Below, piece after piece: positions 8,787 to 19,727 of a DNA stretch of 64,000 nucleotides. The notes beneath the pieces are model-generated. The model worked only from the letters and a program-made list of their open reading frames with translations, was not told where the DNA came from and made no database searches. The stretch's first letter is position 1. Every line of letters starts with the position of its first letter. This DNA comes from a virus, in IMG/VR virus record IMGVR_UViG_3300042474_001633, positions 96,283 through 160,282 of that record; one strand, written 5' to 3'. The translations under genes were made by a program, and so were the position numbers.

Positions 8787-10712
8787 ATGTCGTTGCTCAC
8801 TCCAGAATTCATTGCAAGCTATGCCAACAAGAAAACACCCTGGGGTTTTGGTGGACTTGGAGAAGTCGTTTACCTACGTACATACAGTCGCCCAATCGAG
8901 GAGATGAATCGCAATGAGACTTGGACCGAAACTGTCGTACGGGCTATCAACGGTGCTGTCGAAATTGGCACACCGCTCACACAACAAGAAGCAGAAACGC
9001 TATTCGACCACATGTTCAATCTGCGCTGCTCACTCTCCGGCCGAGCACTTTGGCAACTTGGAACGCCACTGGTCAAGAAGTTCAATGCGACGTCGCTAAA
9101 CAACTGCTACTTCACCAACATCGAAACAATCGAAGACTTTGAATTACTGTTTGAGTACCTAATGCTTGGTGGTGGCGTTGGATTCTCTGTTGAGCGCTCC
9201 AAGATTCACGACTTGCCAAAGGTTAAGTCAGGCGTGACAGTCACTCACGAACGCTCCAACGATGCAGACATCATCGTCCCAGATTCGCGTCAAGGTTGGA
9301 AGCGACTCTTGCATGCAGTGTTGAAGTCATATTTCGACACGGGTAAGTCTTTCTCATACTCCACAATTCTTATTCGTGAATTCGGTGCACCACTCAAGAC
9401 ATTCGGTGGCACAGCATCAGGTCCAGGCGCACTCATCGAAGGGATTGCAGACATATCAAAGGTGATGCAGAATCGTGAAGGCAAGAAGCTTCGCTCTATT
9501 GACGTACTTGACATTTGCAACATCATTGGTCGCATTGTCGTGTCTGGCTCGTCGCGCCGTTCAGCGCAGATTGCAATCGGAGACCCAGATGACGTGCTTT
9601 TCCTTCGTGCCAAGAATTGGTCTACGGGTACTGTCCCTGCATATCGCGCCAACTCCAACAACAGCATCTATGCAGACGCCTACGAAGAAATCATGCCAGA
9701 ACTGTGGAAGGGATACGATGGTTCAGGTGAGCCATATGGTCTCGTTAACCGCAAGCTTGCACGCACGTACGGTCGCCTTGGCGAGAAGATGACAGATAAC
9801 ACAATCGAGGGATTCAACCCCTGTGCGGAGATTGCTCTTGCTGATGGCGAGTCATGCAACCTCTCTACCATCTTCTTGCCAAACGTCGAATCAGTAGAGC
9901 AACTCAAGGAGATTTCGACACTCCTCTATAAGATTCAAAAGCAAATCACTCGTCTTGATTATCCGTATGCAAAGACCACAGAGATTGTTCGTAAAAACGC
10001 TCGTCTTGGTCAAAGCGTTACGGGTATCCTCCAGGTCGAAGAGGAAAAGATTCAGTGGCTTGATGAGGCCTATGTGAACCTCCGTGAGTTCGACAAGAAG
10101 TACTCAGCGGAGAATGGATGGCCAGAATCAGTACGCTTGACTACGGTCCAACCATCAGGGACGCTGGCCCTTCTCCCAGGCAATACACCTGGCATACACC
10201 CAGGATTTGCGCAGTACTACATTCGTCGTGTTCGTTTCGGTGCCGCCGACCCGCTAGTGGCAGGTTGCCGTGCTCGCGGGTACAAGGTGCTCTGGGATAT
10301 TGGCATAGATGGACGTGAAGACCACACCAAGTATGTGGTCGAGTTCCCATGCGAGTCACCAGAGGGCGCAGTGTTGGCAGCCAGCATGACTGCCATCGAA
10401 CAGCTTGAATGGGTCAAAAAGATGCAGACCGTATGGGCAGATAATGCCGTATCGGTAACTGTGTACTACCGCAAGGAAGAGCTTGACTCTATCCGTGAAT
10501 GGTTGTCCAAGAACTATGACAAAGGTGTAAAATCGGTGTCGTTCCTTCTCCACAGTGACCACAACTTCCCACTCCCTCCATACGAGGAGATAACCAAAGA
10601 TGAATACACAAAGATGGTCTCCAAAATCGACTTCAGCGTCCCCCTCGTATCATCACAGTCGGAGCTGTTGGACCTGGGAGACTGCAGTACGGGCGCCTGT
10701 CCGGTACGATAG
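8787..10712 (+). CDS. nrdJ: Ribonucleotide reductase, class II (adenosylcobalamin-dependent)
   Basis: YLRTYSR, LNNC, LMLGGGVGF, RRSA, NPCAE, CNL and TTVQPSGT motifs; C-terminal CxxGACPVR. Confidence 0.92.
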   Translation: MSLLTPEFIASYANKKTPWGFGGLGEVVYLRTYSRPIEEMNRNETWTETVVRAINGAVEIGTPLTQQEAETLFDHMFNLRCSLSGRALWQLGTPLVKKFNATSLNNCYFTNIETIEDFELLFEYLMLGGGVGFSVERSKIHDLPKVKSGVTVTHERSNDADIIVPDSRQGWKRLLHAVLKSYFDTGKSFSYSTILIREFGAPLKTFGGTASGPGALIEGIADISKVMQNREGKKLRSIDVLDICNIIGRIVVSGSSRRSAQIAIGDPDDVLFLRAKNWSTGTVPAYRANSNNSIYADAYEEIMPELWKGYDGSGEPYGLVNRKLARTYGRLGEKMTDNTIEGFNPCAEIALADGESCNLSTIFLPNVESVEQLKEISTLLYKIQKQITRLDYPYAKTTEIVRKNARLGQSVTGILQVEEEKIQWLDEAYVNLREFDKKYSAENGWPESVRLTTVQPSGTLALLPGNTPGIHPGFAQYYIRRVRFGAADPLVAGCRARGYKVLWDIGIDGREDHTKYVVEFPCESPEGAVLAASMTAIEQLEWVKKMQTVWADNAVSVTVYYRKEELDSIREWLSKNYDKGVKSVSFLLHSDHNFPLPPYEEITKDEYTKMVSKIDFSVPLVSSQSELLDLGDCSTGACPVR

Positions 10713-10717
10713 TAGTC

Positions 10718-11035
10718 ATGGTCGAAAAAGTAACAAGCGATTCGCTTCCAGATTTCTTAGATGGCGACAAGCACGTCATCATTGACTTCTGGGCGCCTTG
10801 GTGTGGTCCGTGCAGCGTCATGAAACCGCAATTCGAGTCATTTGGGAAAAAACACTCTATGCACTTCAAGACCGGAACAGTAAATATCGACGATTACCCA
10901 GAGATTGCCCAGATATTCAATATCTTCAGTATTCCGACTATCGTAGTTTTCAAGGACGGCACGCCAGTCAAGACACTTACGGGCGCACGAGGCGAAAGCC
11001 AGCTTGAAAGAGAACTAAAAGAATACATGTCGTGA
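10718..11035 (+). CDS. trxA: Thioredoxin
   Basis: DFWAPWCGPC and SIPT motifs. Confidence 0.93.
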   Translation: MVEKVTSDSLPDFLDGDKHVIIDFWAPWCGPCSVMKPQFESFGKKHSMHFKTGTVNIDDYPEIAQIFNIFSIPTIVVFKDGTPVKTLTGARGESQLERELKEYMS

Positions 11036-11134
11036 CCACTCTGATGTATTACGTCGGGTTTGGATTAGGTCTTTTCCATGGAGTCCTTATAGGTATGCTT
11101 GTATATAGACATAGCTATTTAAAGGATTTGGATA

Positions 11135-11974
11135 ATGGACGAAAACCGAATGCTCACCAGCGTGCTGCAGTTAAGAGCAAGCGAGTTAAACAACGCGTTT
11201 CTTGATGGCGTGCAAGGCGCAGGCCTAAAAGAAGCACGGGCCAGTTGGCTGAAGTTTAGGCAGCAAAACGAATTCGGCTCATACGCCAACCTCCTTACTC
11301 TTCCCAGTGTTCAGCACAAGCTGAAGAAGTCAAAGATATACACAGTTGGTCTGACGATTCAGCACGCCAATGTTTCCGGTATTGAGACATGTGCCTGGCG
11401 CGGCCATTGCACAAGCGTTTGCGTTCTAGACAACGGCAACGGGCGATACAACAGTGTGCAAAAAGCTCGCAATGTAAAGACCCAGTTCCTAGCCAAGCAC
11501 CCAACAGACTTTGTGCGCATACTTGGTTCCGAGATTAAGAAGCACTCCAATGAACAAGATACGGTGCTTGTCAGACTTAACGTAAATAGCGATTTGCGTT
11601 GGTACAACATTCTTACGTCTTTAGCCAACAACGAAGCCGGAATGGACAACGTATTTGTATATGACTACACCAAGAACCCAGCAATTCTAAGCGGAGACGG
11701 AATGGTTGGAAGTCGCTACAGAGTTGTCTATAGCGTCAACGAGAACAGCGACATGGACAAGGTTCAGTCATTCATACGCAATGGTGGAACCGCAGCCATC
11801 GTGACCAATAGACACAAGACGCAAAAGACTATGGATTCATACAACGGTCTTCCATTGGTAGACGGAGACCTGTCAGATGACAGATACAACGAGAAAGGCG
11901 TATGGGTGGACCTTGCAGCTAAGGGCAAAGCCAGAACCATGGGTGACGTTGGATTCGTTAGGAACCTGTACTAG
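11135..11974 (+). CDS. Gp88-like protein (radical-SAM-like Cys cluster)
   Basis: ETCAWRGHCTSVC, VRLNVNSD, YDYTK, DGDLSDDR and LAAKGKA motifs. Confidence 0.7.
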   Translation: MDENRMLTSVLQLRASELNNAFLDGVQGAGLKEARASWLKFRQQNEFGSYANLLTLPSVQHKLKKSKIYTVGLTIQHANVSGIETCAWRGHCTSVCVLDNGNGRYNSVQKARNVKTQFLAKHPTDFVRILGSEIKKHSNEQDTVLVRLNVNSDLRWYNILTSLANNEAGMDNVFVYDYTKNPAILSGDGMVGSRYRVVYSVNENSDMDKVQSFIRNGGTAAIVTNRHKTQKTMDSYNGLPLVDGDLSDDRYNEKGVWVDLAAKGKARTMGDVGFVRNLY

Positions 11975-12738
11975 TAGTCAGCGTGCGAGCGTACGAAATC
12001 CATAAGACGCTCAGCAGTTGTATTCCCGGCGTACACGGGTGAACTGCGCAGATAGCGTATGAACTGGTACCAGTCCTTCTGCTGTTCAGGGGTGTCAAAG
12101 ACAAGAGTGTATTGAACAATCGCTTGCGATGAAGTGCTTGCCCCAACTGCTGCACTACCACGGATTGCTGCATCTCCTGAATCTATGTTTGAATTAGCAG
12201 TGAACCTCTGCTCGCCATCTGCACCTTCTTCAACCTCGACATTGTCGAAATTGACAGTGTTCTGCATAACAGGAGCAATATAGCCTCTTTGCTCGTTCTC
12301 GTCTTCTTCGTTGTTCTTGGTTTGCCATTCAGTCATGGCGGCCATCTCAAAGTCATCCCACTTTAAGTCGTCCAGCAGTGCCGAATACTCGTTTCCAAGC
12401 TCCGCAATCATATCGATTACCTGACCCTGGTCGGTATTCCCGAGTTCCATGGTTCTATTGTCGGCAAGAGCAAAAGCTATAGCGCGCTGGTCGTCACCAT
12501 CCAACACAACAGCAGCTATCTCATTCCAACCAAGCTTCTTTGCGGCCTGTAGCTGGTGGTTACCGGCGATGACTGTGTACGTGCCATCCTCGTTGTCTTT
12601 CACAACGATTGGCTTAACCTGCCCAAACTCTGAATAGGATGCCGCAATCGCGTCGACATCACCTCTGCGTGGGTTGCCTTCGAGTGGGAGCAGCGAGTCG
12701 ATAGACATCGCCAGCTTCTTGATTGATGGATGTATCAT
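11971..12738 (-). CDS. ParB/Srx-like N-terminal domain protein
   Basis: GNPRRG, FGQVKPIVV, VIAGNH and FALADNR motifs. Confidence 0.85.
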   Translation of the reverse strand: MIHPSIKKLAMSIDSLLPLEGNPRRGDVDAIAASYSEFGQVKPIVVKDNEDGTYTVIAGNHQLQAAKKLGWNEIAAVVLDGDDQRAIAFALADNRTMELGNTDQGQVIDMIAELGNEYSALLDDLKWDDFEMAAMTEWQTKNNEEDENEQRGYIAPVMQNTVNFDNVEVEEGADGEQRFTANSNIDSGDAAIRGSAAVGASTSSQAIVQYTLVFDTPEQQKDWYQFIRYLRSSPVYAGNTTAERLMDFVRSHADY

Positions 12739-13352
12739 TCCCCAGATTCTAGTTCAATCAGTTCGGCATCAATAGCAGCAGGTATGTCTTTGGCTTGCCC
12801 GAGAATACCGTCTACGTACTCTTTAGTGAGCACGCCGCTATTCCCCATTATCTCAAGCAACTTACGGGCTTCTGCTTCTGGGGAGAACTGCGTCTTGATG
12901 TCGTTTGCTACGGCACCAGCAAGGGTTGCCCTAATTGGCGCAGTTGCAGACACGTCCATCTGTACGTTGATGTTGTTCTGGTCCATGCCAAGCAGGCGCG
13001 AACGTCTATCAATTATGGAAAGCATGGTCTGAACCGCCTTCAGGTCTGGCTCAATCTGTATCTCTGTGCCATCGTCGGCCTTCACCTTTCGATACTGCGT
13101 TAAAGGCCACACCGACTGTTGCAATGCATCGAGTCTCTCTAGCTCCATCCGGAGAACTTCTGGGTAAGCCATCAAGGCTTCCTTGTTCAGCTTCTCTAGC
13201 TGTCTACGAATTGCCACGCCTACAGCAGACGTGGTCATACCAAACCTTCTGGCAATCTCATTGCTAGCCACACCGGCTTGCCTCATCTTAAATATGCGTA
13301 AATCCCTCTCTACGAGGAATTCTCGCGTTAAGGGCTTTTTTTCTGTGGCCAT
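12735..13352 (-). CDS. HTH protein, possibly terminase small subunit
   Basis: N-terminal HTH (EIARRFGMTTSAV); ELERLD...RRSRLLG pattern seen in actinophage HTH/TerS-like proteins. Confidence 0.55.
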   Translation of the reverse strand: MATEKKPLTREFLVERDLRIFKMRQAGVASNEIARRFGMTTSAVGVAIRRQLEKLNKEALMAYPEVLRMELERLDALQQSVWPLTQYRKVKADDGTEIQIEPDLKAVQTMLSIIDRRSRLLGMDQNNINVQMDVSATAPIRATLAGAVANDIKTQFSPEAEARKLLEIMGNSGVLTKEYVDGILGQAKDIPAAIDAELIELESGE

Positions 13353-13354
13353 TA

Positions 13355-15190
13355 TTACTCCTTCATAAATTCTAGAACCTCAAATGGCAAGCGGAGGCTA
13401 CGTTTCATCTTTGTCGGCCATGCGCGCTTGTCACGGGCACCACGGAAATGCTTCACATCATAAACATAGCCTTCCGGACTCAGTGGGTCTGGCGTAATCG
13501 AGATACCGAATTCCGGCCAACGAGACCATACGGAAGAACCAAACGGACGAAGTTCACGTGTTGAATTGGAAGCACCAAGTGGCGCATGGTGTTCCAGCCA
13601 TAGCGCGCACCCATATACATCGCGGATGTGGTCCAGGAACTTTGCTACCTCAACAGCAAGAGCTTCGCTTGTTAGTGAGCCGTTGTCGACATACGCCTTG
13701 TACAAGGGTCCAAGGCAAATTAGCCCTGGCTTGATTTTATCCACGAGTTGCTCAACGAACGCCCTGTCCTTGGCTGAAGCCAAATCCAAACCAGAAGGAT
13801 GAATGTGTAGATGGGCGTCAACCGTCTTGGCGTGAGACAGGCGAATTGACTGCTCCATGATTGTTCGTGATGTGCGACGAATAATTCGTGCAGGGTTTTC
13901 TAGGTCAATTGTTAGCGTCGTCACGGGTGGCATTGGCTGAAATGTAAATGGATGCAATCCGGCAGCACAAGCTATTGCTACTTGACGCGCAAGCATCGTC
14001 TTTCCTACGCCCTCAGCGGCGACAACGATTACGCGCTCTTGCTTCTCCAGCAAACCTGGGATAATCCATTCGTAAGAGTCATCCTCTGCCTCAAGCAAGA
14101 ACTCCTGCCAGTTAACAGTGCGCCCATAGTCCTCAAACGAGGCCGTAGTGAAGCTACTTGCGGCATGCGTAATTCGACTGAGCTTCTGCTGCAAAGACAA
14201 ACGCTCGGATGCGACAATCTCCTGAATCTGTTCCAGGAGTTTGTCCTCTGGTTTTATCTCACTGGCCTCATTCTTTTCTTCATCCGACAGTTCCATTTCT
14301 TCTTGGACCACTTCATTGTCGGGCTCATCACTTACATACGACTCAAGTTTGAACATGGTCTCCATGTCAATGGCGTGCCCCATGGCGACGTGGTCGGATA
14401 TATCTTTTGCGTGCTTGGATACGAATACAGTTGCATTGCCACCGGCGGCATTGATTTCATCGCGAACGCTAATCGCATGTCGCTTGCCAGGGTCGTCATT
14501 ATCGGCAATAATGCAAACAGCAGTAGCTGCAGCCAGGGTCATCGTGTAGTCAGGCTGCCAAGCGTTCGCTCCGTTGGTCATGGTTGTTGCTGGTATACCG
14601 AACTTCTCAAGCATTGTGTCAGCGTCTTTTTCGCCCTCAACAAGCCATACATCTTCGTTGTTGGCAATTTCTTTTAACAGCTCAGGAAGGCGATACAGAA
14701 CCTTACGGGTGTCGTTTAGGTTGTACAGGTATTCGCCTGGATTATCCGGGTCAGGACGTCGATGCGCGAATGACTTCTTACCATCGTCGGTTTGATAGCG
14801 AAGTTTTTCATACAGAACGTTTCCATCTTCATCATGGTACTGATAGGTCTTGACGAGCTTTCGTTTCTGTTTTGGCGCCGACACAGGTGAAACACTAGCG
14901 GCTTTGAATGGCTTAGCTGATTTTTCCTTGCGCTCGTAGTCGTCGCGGTCTTTTGCAAATCCATCTTTGACCAGGTCAAGACCGCACGATTCGAATATCT
15001 TTTGTGCATCACAGAGGCCCTTATGGCAGTAAACAAGTGCTTCGTCATCGTTGCCAACTTTTACTGCAAGCGAGGGAGTATCGTCATCGTTTCTGCAAGG
15101 ACATGCCGCCATCCACTGCCCGTTGGCCTCTCGAACATTGCTAAGACGAGAAAGTAGTTTTGCTACTGGTTCAGATTGATAAAGGGCCAC
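13355..15190 (-). CDS. DNA primase-helicase (Zn-binding, TOPRIM and RecA/AAA_25 domains)
   Basis: CPC...CHKGLC; VEGEKDAD and ADNDDPG (TOPRIM); AAEGVGKT (Walker A); LEHH and RPFGSS. Confidence 0.88.
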   Translation of the reverse strand: MALYQSEPVAKLLSRLSNVREANGQWMAACPCRNDDDTPSLAVKVGNDDEALVYCHKGLCDAQKIFESCGLDLVKDGFAKDRDDYERKEKSAKPFKAASVSPVSAPKQKRKLVKTYQYHDEDGNVLYEKLRYQTDDGKKSFAHRRPDPDNPGEYLYNLNDTRKVLYRLPELLKEIANNEDVWLVEGEKDADTMLEKFGIPATTMTNGANAWQPDYTMTLAAATAVCIIADNDDPGKRHAISVRDEINAAGGNATVFVSKHAKDISDHVAMGHAIDMETMFKLESYVSDEPDNEVVQEEMELSDEEKNEASEIKPEDKLLEQIQEIVASERLSLQQKLSRITHAASSFTTASFEDYGRTVNWQEFLLEAEDDSYEWIIPGLLEKQERVIVVAAEGVGKTMLARQVAIACAAGLHPFTFQPMPPVTTLTIDLENPARIIRRTSRTIMEQSIRLSHAKTVDAHLHIHPSGLDLASAKDRAFVEQLVDKIKPGLICLGPLYKAYVDNGSLTSEALAVEVAKFLDHIRDVYGCALWLEHHAPLGASNSTRELRPFGSSVWSRWPEFGISITPDPLSPEGYVYDVKHFRGARDKRAWPTKMKRSLRLPFEVLEFMKE

Positions 15191-15566
15191 GAGGTCCTAA
15201 TTCTATTTGTTTGCGCATCTCCGAATACGGAGGATGAATATGCGCTCGCTCCATCGAATGCGCTCGTTGGATAGCCGTGCGAGCCCTGCTGCGTCGCTTA
15301 ACGGAAAGCCCACCCCATATACCATGAACGCTCGGATTATCTATTGCAAAGTCACCACACTTGCGCTTCTCGTCGCATGAATTGCAAATTTCTATTGCCC
15401 TCGCGGTGTTGTTGCGGATTGACGCGCCACCATCCTTTTCAGGAAACCACCACTCTGTTGGCAAACCAGCACACGCTGCATTCTTAAATACTGGGACATC
15501 GAGTGGCTCTGGCAGTTGCCAATTGCTGTTGACCAGATTAATCAGTGTCTTGCGGTCTATTGTCAT
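15171..15566 (-). CDS. whiB: WhiB-family transcription regulator
   Basis: AAC...WWFP...ICNSC...C...HGIWGG. Confidence 0.88.
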   Translation of the reverse strand: MTIDRKTLINLVNSNWQLPEPLDVPVFKNAACAGLPTEWWFPEKDGGASIRNNTARAIEICNSCDEKRKCGDFAIDNPSVHGIWGGLSVKRRSRARTAIQRAHSMERAHIHPPYSEMRKQIELGPRGPLSI

Positions 15567-15620
15567 ACTCCCCCTTGGATGCGTTTAGGTATCCTAACCC
15601 CAAGGGAAAGACATGTCAAC

Positions 15621-16103
15621 CTATTGAGACAGTTTCTTGAAAACCTTCCAAGCAATATTGCGCATTTGTTTGCGGAATCTTTTCTTCGGGCTTCCAGACT
15701 TAGAATAAAGCTCCACGAAATCACTCATTGCATGTTCCGATAGAAAAGCAACTTTGTGTATTAACTCTGAATACTGGTCAGAGTTCGCGTAGTAAGACCA
15801 TATCTCCTCATCGAATGTTTCATGACGATAAAACATGTAGTCGTCGAGAGCGTTCTTGTCGGCGATTATTTCAGTTCGCCAGCCCATCTTGCGCTCAACA
15901 CACGATAAGACCTCAAGCAATGTATTGGTCCCACCGAACTCATATGCATTTCTTACGAATGTGCCAATAACGCGACTCTCAAACATGCTTTTTTGCAACT
16001 CGGACATTGGTGAATCTTCGTCCCCATCTCGTTCATAGGACTCATCGTCAAGCCCTGCTATATCTTCTTCGTCCCACTCTGAGTAATCATCATTGGATGC
16101 CAT
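15621..16103 (-). CDS. Acidic hypothetical protein
   Basis: 160-aa ORF in a minus-strand operon. Confidence 0.65.
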   Translation of the reverse strand: MASNDDYSEWDEEDIAGLDDESYERDGDEDSPMSELQKSMFESRVIGTFVRNAYEFGGTNTLLEVLSCVERKMGWRTEIIADKNALDDYMFYRHETFDEEIWSYYANSDQYSELIHKVAFLSEHAMSDFVELYSKSGSPKKRFRKQMRNIAWKVFKKLSQ

Positions 16104-16107
16104 CCAA

Positions 16108-17133
16108 CTAGGATATCACCACGCGATGTGCGAGCAACTTCTTTTGCGTAATTGCTGATGTGTCATCCATTGACGCAACTGCACTTGAAGCATTGTCTAC
16201 AGAACGATAGAAATCCAAGTACTCGACAACAGCGTTGTACGTCGACCAGGCATTAAATCCGAACTTGGCAGCGTTTCGGTCGTTTATATAAATAGAGCGA
16301 ATCGTTTCGTGAATGGAGTCGCGTGTTTTTCTCTGGCGCTCCGTTTCTTTGGCTGCTTGAGGGAAAACTGTGTTTATAACGTCATCGAGTTTCTTTGAAC
16401 CCATGGGAACTGGGATGCCCAGCATTCTCTCTGCCTCTATAGAAAACTCGCGTCCCCACGTGGATGAAAGCTTCAGTACATTGCGTGCGTCTTCAATTGT
16501 GGCATCAACATTTCTTGTGTGTCTTGCTACGAACACCCTCTCCGCTTTCTGTAAGCCGAGAACCACGGTATTACTACACACAGCGCGAATGTCAGTATTT
16601 GCATAGCGAATCGGCCATACGCCGTCGTGTCCCGAACTTACGACTAGATAGCGAGCAATCTTGTCATTAACACCCTGTGGGTCAATAACGATTCCGCCCA
16701 GTTCAACAGTTGCAAAGAATCGTGCACCATTCTTTAGAACACCAACGGTATCCATTACTGCATCACCGCTTGATGCGCCGACGATAGCGAGTGCGCGCTC
16801 TAGAACTTCGCGATTCTGACGCACCTCATAACGCGTGCCGACTGTTGCCAGGGGATTAAAAGAGCCATCAGTGTTCTGACGAACTGTTGCTCTGCTGTCT
16901 TCAATCACCAGGACGCTTCCGTCTGCATTGCGAATCAAGTTGCCTTCGTCATCAACGGCTGCTACGCGGGTGAGAATAACATCGAAGTCTGCTTCTGCGG
17001 CCTGGAGCATTGCCTCCATGGTCTGCAATCCGGCCATGGGTGTGCCAAGCCGATGCCATGGGGCTCTTCGGTCGCCGCCAAGGGCATATGCCATTCGGGC
17101 TTTTCCTTTAATTACTTCGAGTTCGTGTGCCAT
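16108..17133 (-). CDS. DUF932-family protein
   Basis: MAHEL, PWHRLG, RYEVRQN, GHDG and RAVCSNT motifs. Confidence 0.85.
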   Translation of the reverse strand: MAHELEVIKGKARMAYALGGDRRAPWHRLGTPMAGLQTMEAMLQAAEADFDVILTRVAAVDDEGNLIRNADGSVLVIEDSRATVRQNTDGSFNPLATVGTRYEVRQNREVLERALAIVGASSGDAVMDTVGVLKNGARFFATVELGGIVIDPQGVNDKIARYLVVSSGHDGVWPIRYANTDIRAVCSNTVVLGLQKAERVFVARHTRNVDATIEDARNVLKLSSTWGREFSIEAERMLGIPVPMGSKKLDDVINTVFPQAAKETERQRKTRDSIHETIRSIYINDRNAAKFGFNAWSTYNAVVEYLDFYRSVDNASSAVASMDDTSAITQKKLLAHRVVIS

Positions 17134-17284
17134 GTTTGTTTACCTGCACCTACCTTATCACCGAATACTCATGCACTAGGATGTCTTCATCACGCAAGAC
17201 ACGTTCCGACTCTCGCCGGACTTCGGACGTACTCCGTGTTTGGTGGGGTGACATCGAAATTGGTGTCACCCCACCATTTTACAT

Positions 17285-17686
17285 TTATCGGTTATCGCCA
17301 CTTCCAGCAATCACGTTTCGTTCTAGCCTGCTTTGCAGCTTCTCTATATTCTGGGCAAGAACATCGCTCATCTTGACACCGACATGACTGGCAAGCATTG
17401 CGGCATACCAAATGACATCACCAATCTCTGCTGCAATCGCGCTCTTGTCTTCGTCAGAGAATATTCCGTCTTTGTCTCGTATGACTTTTTTAACCTTGCT
17501 CGCTATCTCGCCGGATTCTGACGTAATGCCGAGAGAAAGATATTCCCATGCTTTGTCTTGTGGGAATTGGGCAAACTTTCCAGCCAAGCTCTGATACGTG
17601 TCGATGCTGTCTCTCTTCTTGTCTTCGATTGTCTTTCGAGCAAGGGCTAGCGCTTCGGAATCTTCATTTGGTGTTGACATTTGCAA
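17285..17686 (-). CDS. MazG-like nucleotide pyrophosphohydrolase
   Basis: LGITSESGEIASKVKK, EIGDVIWY and NIEKL..R...GSGDNR. Confidence 0.88.
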   Translation of the reverse strand: MQMSTPNEDSEALALARKTIEDKKRDSIDTYQSLAGKFAQFPQDKAWEYLSLGITSESGEIASKVKKVIRDKDGIFSDEDKSAIAAEIGDVIWYAAMLASHVGVKMSDVLAQNIEKLQSRLERNVIAGSGDNR

Positions 17687-17737
17687 TTGCCTCCTGTATT
17701 TTAGATTTTGCTACACACTACAAGGGGGTACTCACCT

Positions 17738-18154
17738 ATGCAAACATTCGTTCCGTATCAATCTTTCGAGCAATCAGCGGCGTGTCTTGATTATCGCCGC
17801 CTAGGCAAGCAAAGAGTTGAAACACTGCAGATTCTCAACAGTCTGACCAAGCCCGGTTACGGGTGGTCAAATCATCCCGCTACCAAGATGTGGGTAGGTC
17901 ATGAAGCGGGTCTTTGTGCCTATGGGCTGGCTATCTGTGCCGACTGGATTAGTCGTGGCTACAAGGACACCTGCGCCGAGAAAATGCTTGCAATTGTGAC
18001 TCCAGACACATCTGATTTGCCTACCTGGTGGGGAGATGAAAAAATTCACGCTAGCCACCGTGCTAATTTGCTTCGAAAGTTACCGGAGCACTATGCTCAA
18101 TTTGGATGGACAGAAAACCCGGAAATGCCCTACGTTTGGCCTCGATTGGCTTAA
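17738..18154 (+). CDS. Pyrimidine-dimer DNA glycosylase/EndoV-like protein (MSMEG_6728-like)
   Basis: MQTFVP, LD.RRLGKQRVE, HPA.KMW and SHRANLLRK; start adjusted to the SD. Confidence 0.8.
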   Translation: MQTFVPYQSFEQSAACLDYRRLGKQRVETLQILNSLTKPGYGWSNHPATKMWVGHEAGLCAYGLAICADWISRGYKDTCAEKMLAIVTPDTSDLPTWWGDEKIHASHRANLLRKLPEHYAQFGWTENPEMPYVWPRLA

Positions 18155-18243
18155 TAATTATTATGGCAACCTTAAGCTTCTACGTTGCCCTGGTTGTCGC
18201 GTCCCTCAAAAATACCTACAAACGAATACGCGGCTAATCACTA

Positions 18244-18316
18244 GGGCTAGTAGCTCAGTGGTTAGAGCAGCACTCTTATAAAGTGTTGGTCGCGGGTTCA
18301 ATTCCCGTCTAGCCCA
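18244..18316 (+). tRNA. tRNA-Ile(UAU)
   Basis: Cloverleaf GGGCTAG/CTAGCCC; anticodon arm GCACT-CT TAT AA-AGTGT; GGTTCAATTCC T-arm. Confidence 0.85.
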
Positions 18317-18327
18317 CAAAGGAATGT

Positions 18328-18612
18328 ATGAATAACACCGTTGACGAAGTAACACAAGTACTCATGGAGGAATACTTTGGTATTGGCTCCACGCCAGAAA
18401 CAGCGCTTGATTCCCTTGCGGATGACATGGCCCAGAATCGCATTGACATTGGGGTATTTGACTGCACTCCGTTCGAGTTCATGCAGGCGGTCGGCAATGT
18501 CTTAAAGCGAATCCACGCCGGCAATAAGCACGAAACAGCCCACTGGCAACAAGAAGTGCTTGCTGCCCATAACAAACCGGAGGAAGAAGATTGGTGGTTT
18601 GCAATTCGATGA
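18328..18612 (+). CDS. Hypothetical protein
   Basis: AAGGA SD. Confidence 0.6.
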   Translation: MNNTVDEVTQVLMEEYFGIGSTPETALDSLADDMAQNRIDIGVFDCTPFEFMQAVGNVLKRIHAGNKHETAHWQQEVLAAHNKPEEEDWWFAIR

Positions 18613-18695
18613 AACTAATCGCTAAAATCACTGGTCGCATAGCTCTTCTTGTGATTATGTTCTCCATAATCACATGGCATATCTCGGGGTGAAAC

Positions 18696-19118
18696 ATGAA
18701 TGAATTACAGCTGCAGATAGAAGAACTCAAGAAAAAGATAGCTCCGGGATACTGGAAGGCAATAGATGTTGATGAGGGCTGGTATCAGCTGGTCGTAGAT
18801 TGCGATAAAGAACTAACCAGAGTGGACCCGAACTACCAGATTTACCAAGTCAAGGAAAAGTTTGGCGGCCTTCGCTTCTACACAAAGCCATCAAATATGG
18901 ATGACAAACATACACTGATACAAATCAGTAATATCATCTCCAAATACGAAGATATCGCATGGAAAACGTGTAGTGCCACAGGCAAACCGGGTGTTCTTAT
19001 GAAGTCAATCGGTGGATGGTTCAAGACGCTTAATCCCGAATATGCCGCCAATACACTTCATTATGCGAAATATTCGATAGTTGGAAAAATTCAAATAAAA
19101 ATGGAAGATTCTCTTTAG
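18696..19118 (+). CDS. Conserved phage hypothetical protein
   Basis: GWYQL...QVKEKFGGLRFY...TC..TG motif common in phages. Confidence 0.7.
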   Translation: MNELQLQIEELKKKIAPGYWKAIDVDEGWYQLVVDCDKELTRVDPNYQIYQVKEKFGGLRFYTKPSNMDDKHTLIQISNIISKYEDIAWKTCSATGKPGVLMKSIGGWFKTLNPEYAANTLHYAKYSIVGKIQIKMEDSL

Positions 19119-19120
19119 CA

Positions 19121-19486
<366 letters not shown>

Positions 19487-19526
19487 ACAATAGATATCAT
19501 GGGAGCTATGAAAAAGATAAGCAGCA

Positions 19527-19727
19527 ATGTCTAACTTTACAAAAGCGGAAATCAAAGCGTTATTCGCAGAACTAGAGAAGCTAACTACCAATATGGACAT
19601 ACCGATATTCAGACGGACAGATGCGGCGTGGCTTCTCCGTAATGCTTCGATAAACAACGAGGACCACAAGAATTTGCAAAAGGTGCTAAAAATTGCCAAG
19701 ATACTTGCAGGGGAAAACAATGGATAA
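19527..19727 (+). CDS. Hypothetical protein
   Basis: ORF in a coupled operon. Confidence 0.55.
   Translation: MSNFTKAEIKALFAELEKLTTNMDIPIFRRTDAAWLLRNASINNEDHKNLQKVLKIAKILAGENNG

Noticed and set aside
13952-14677. 241-aa plus-strand ORF
   Set aside because: Antisense shadow of the primase-helicase
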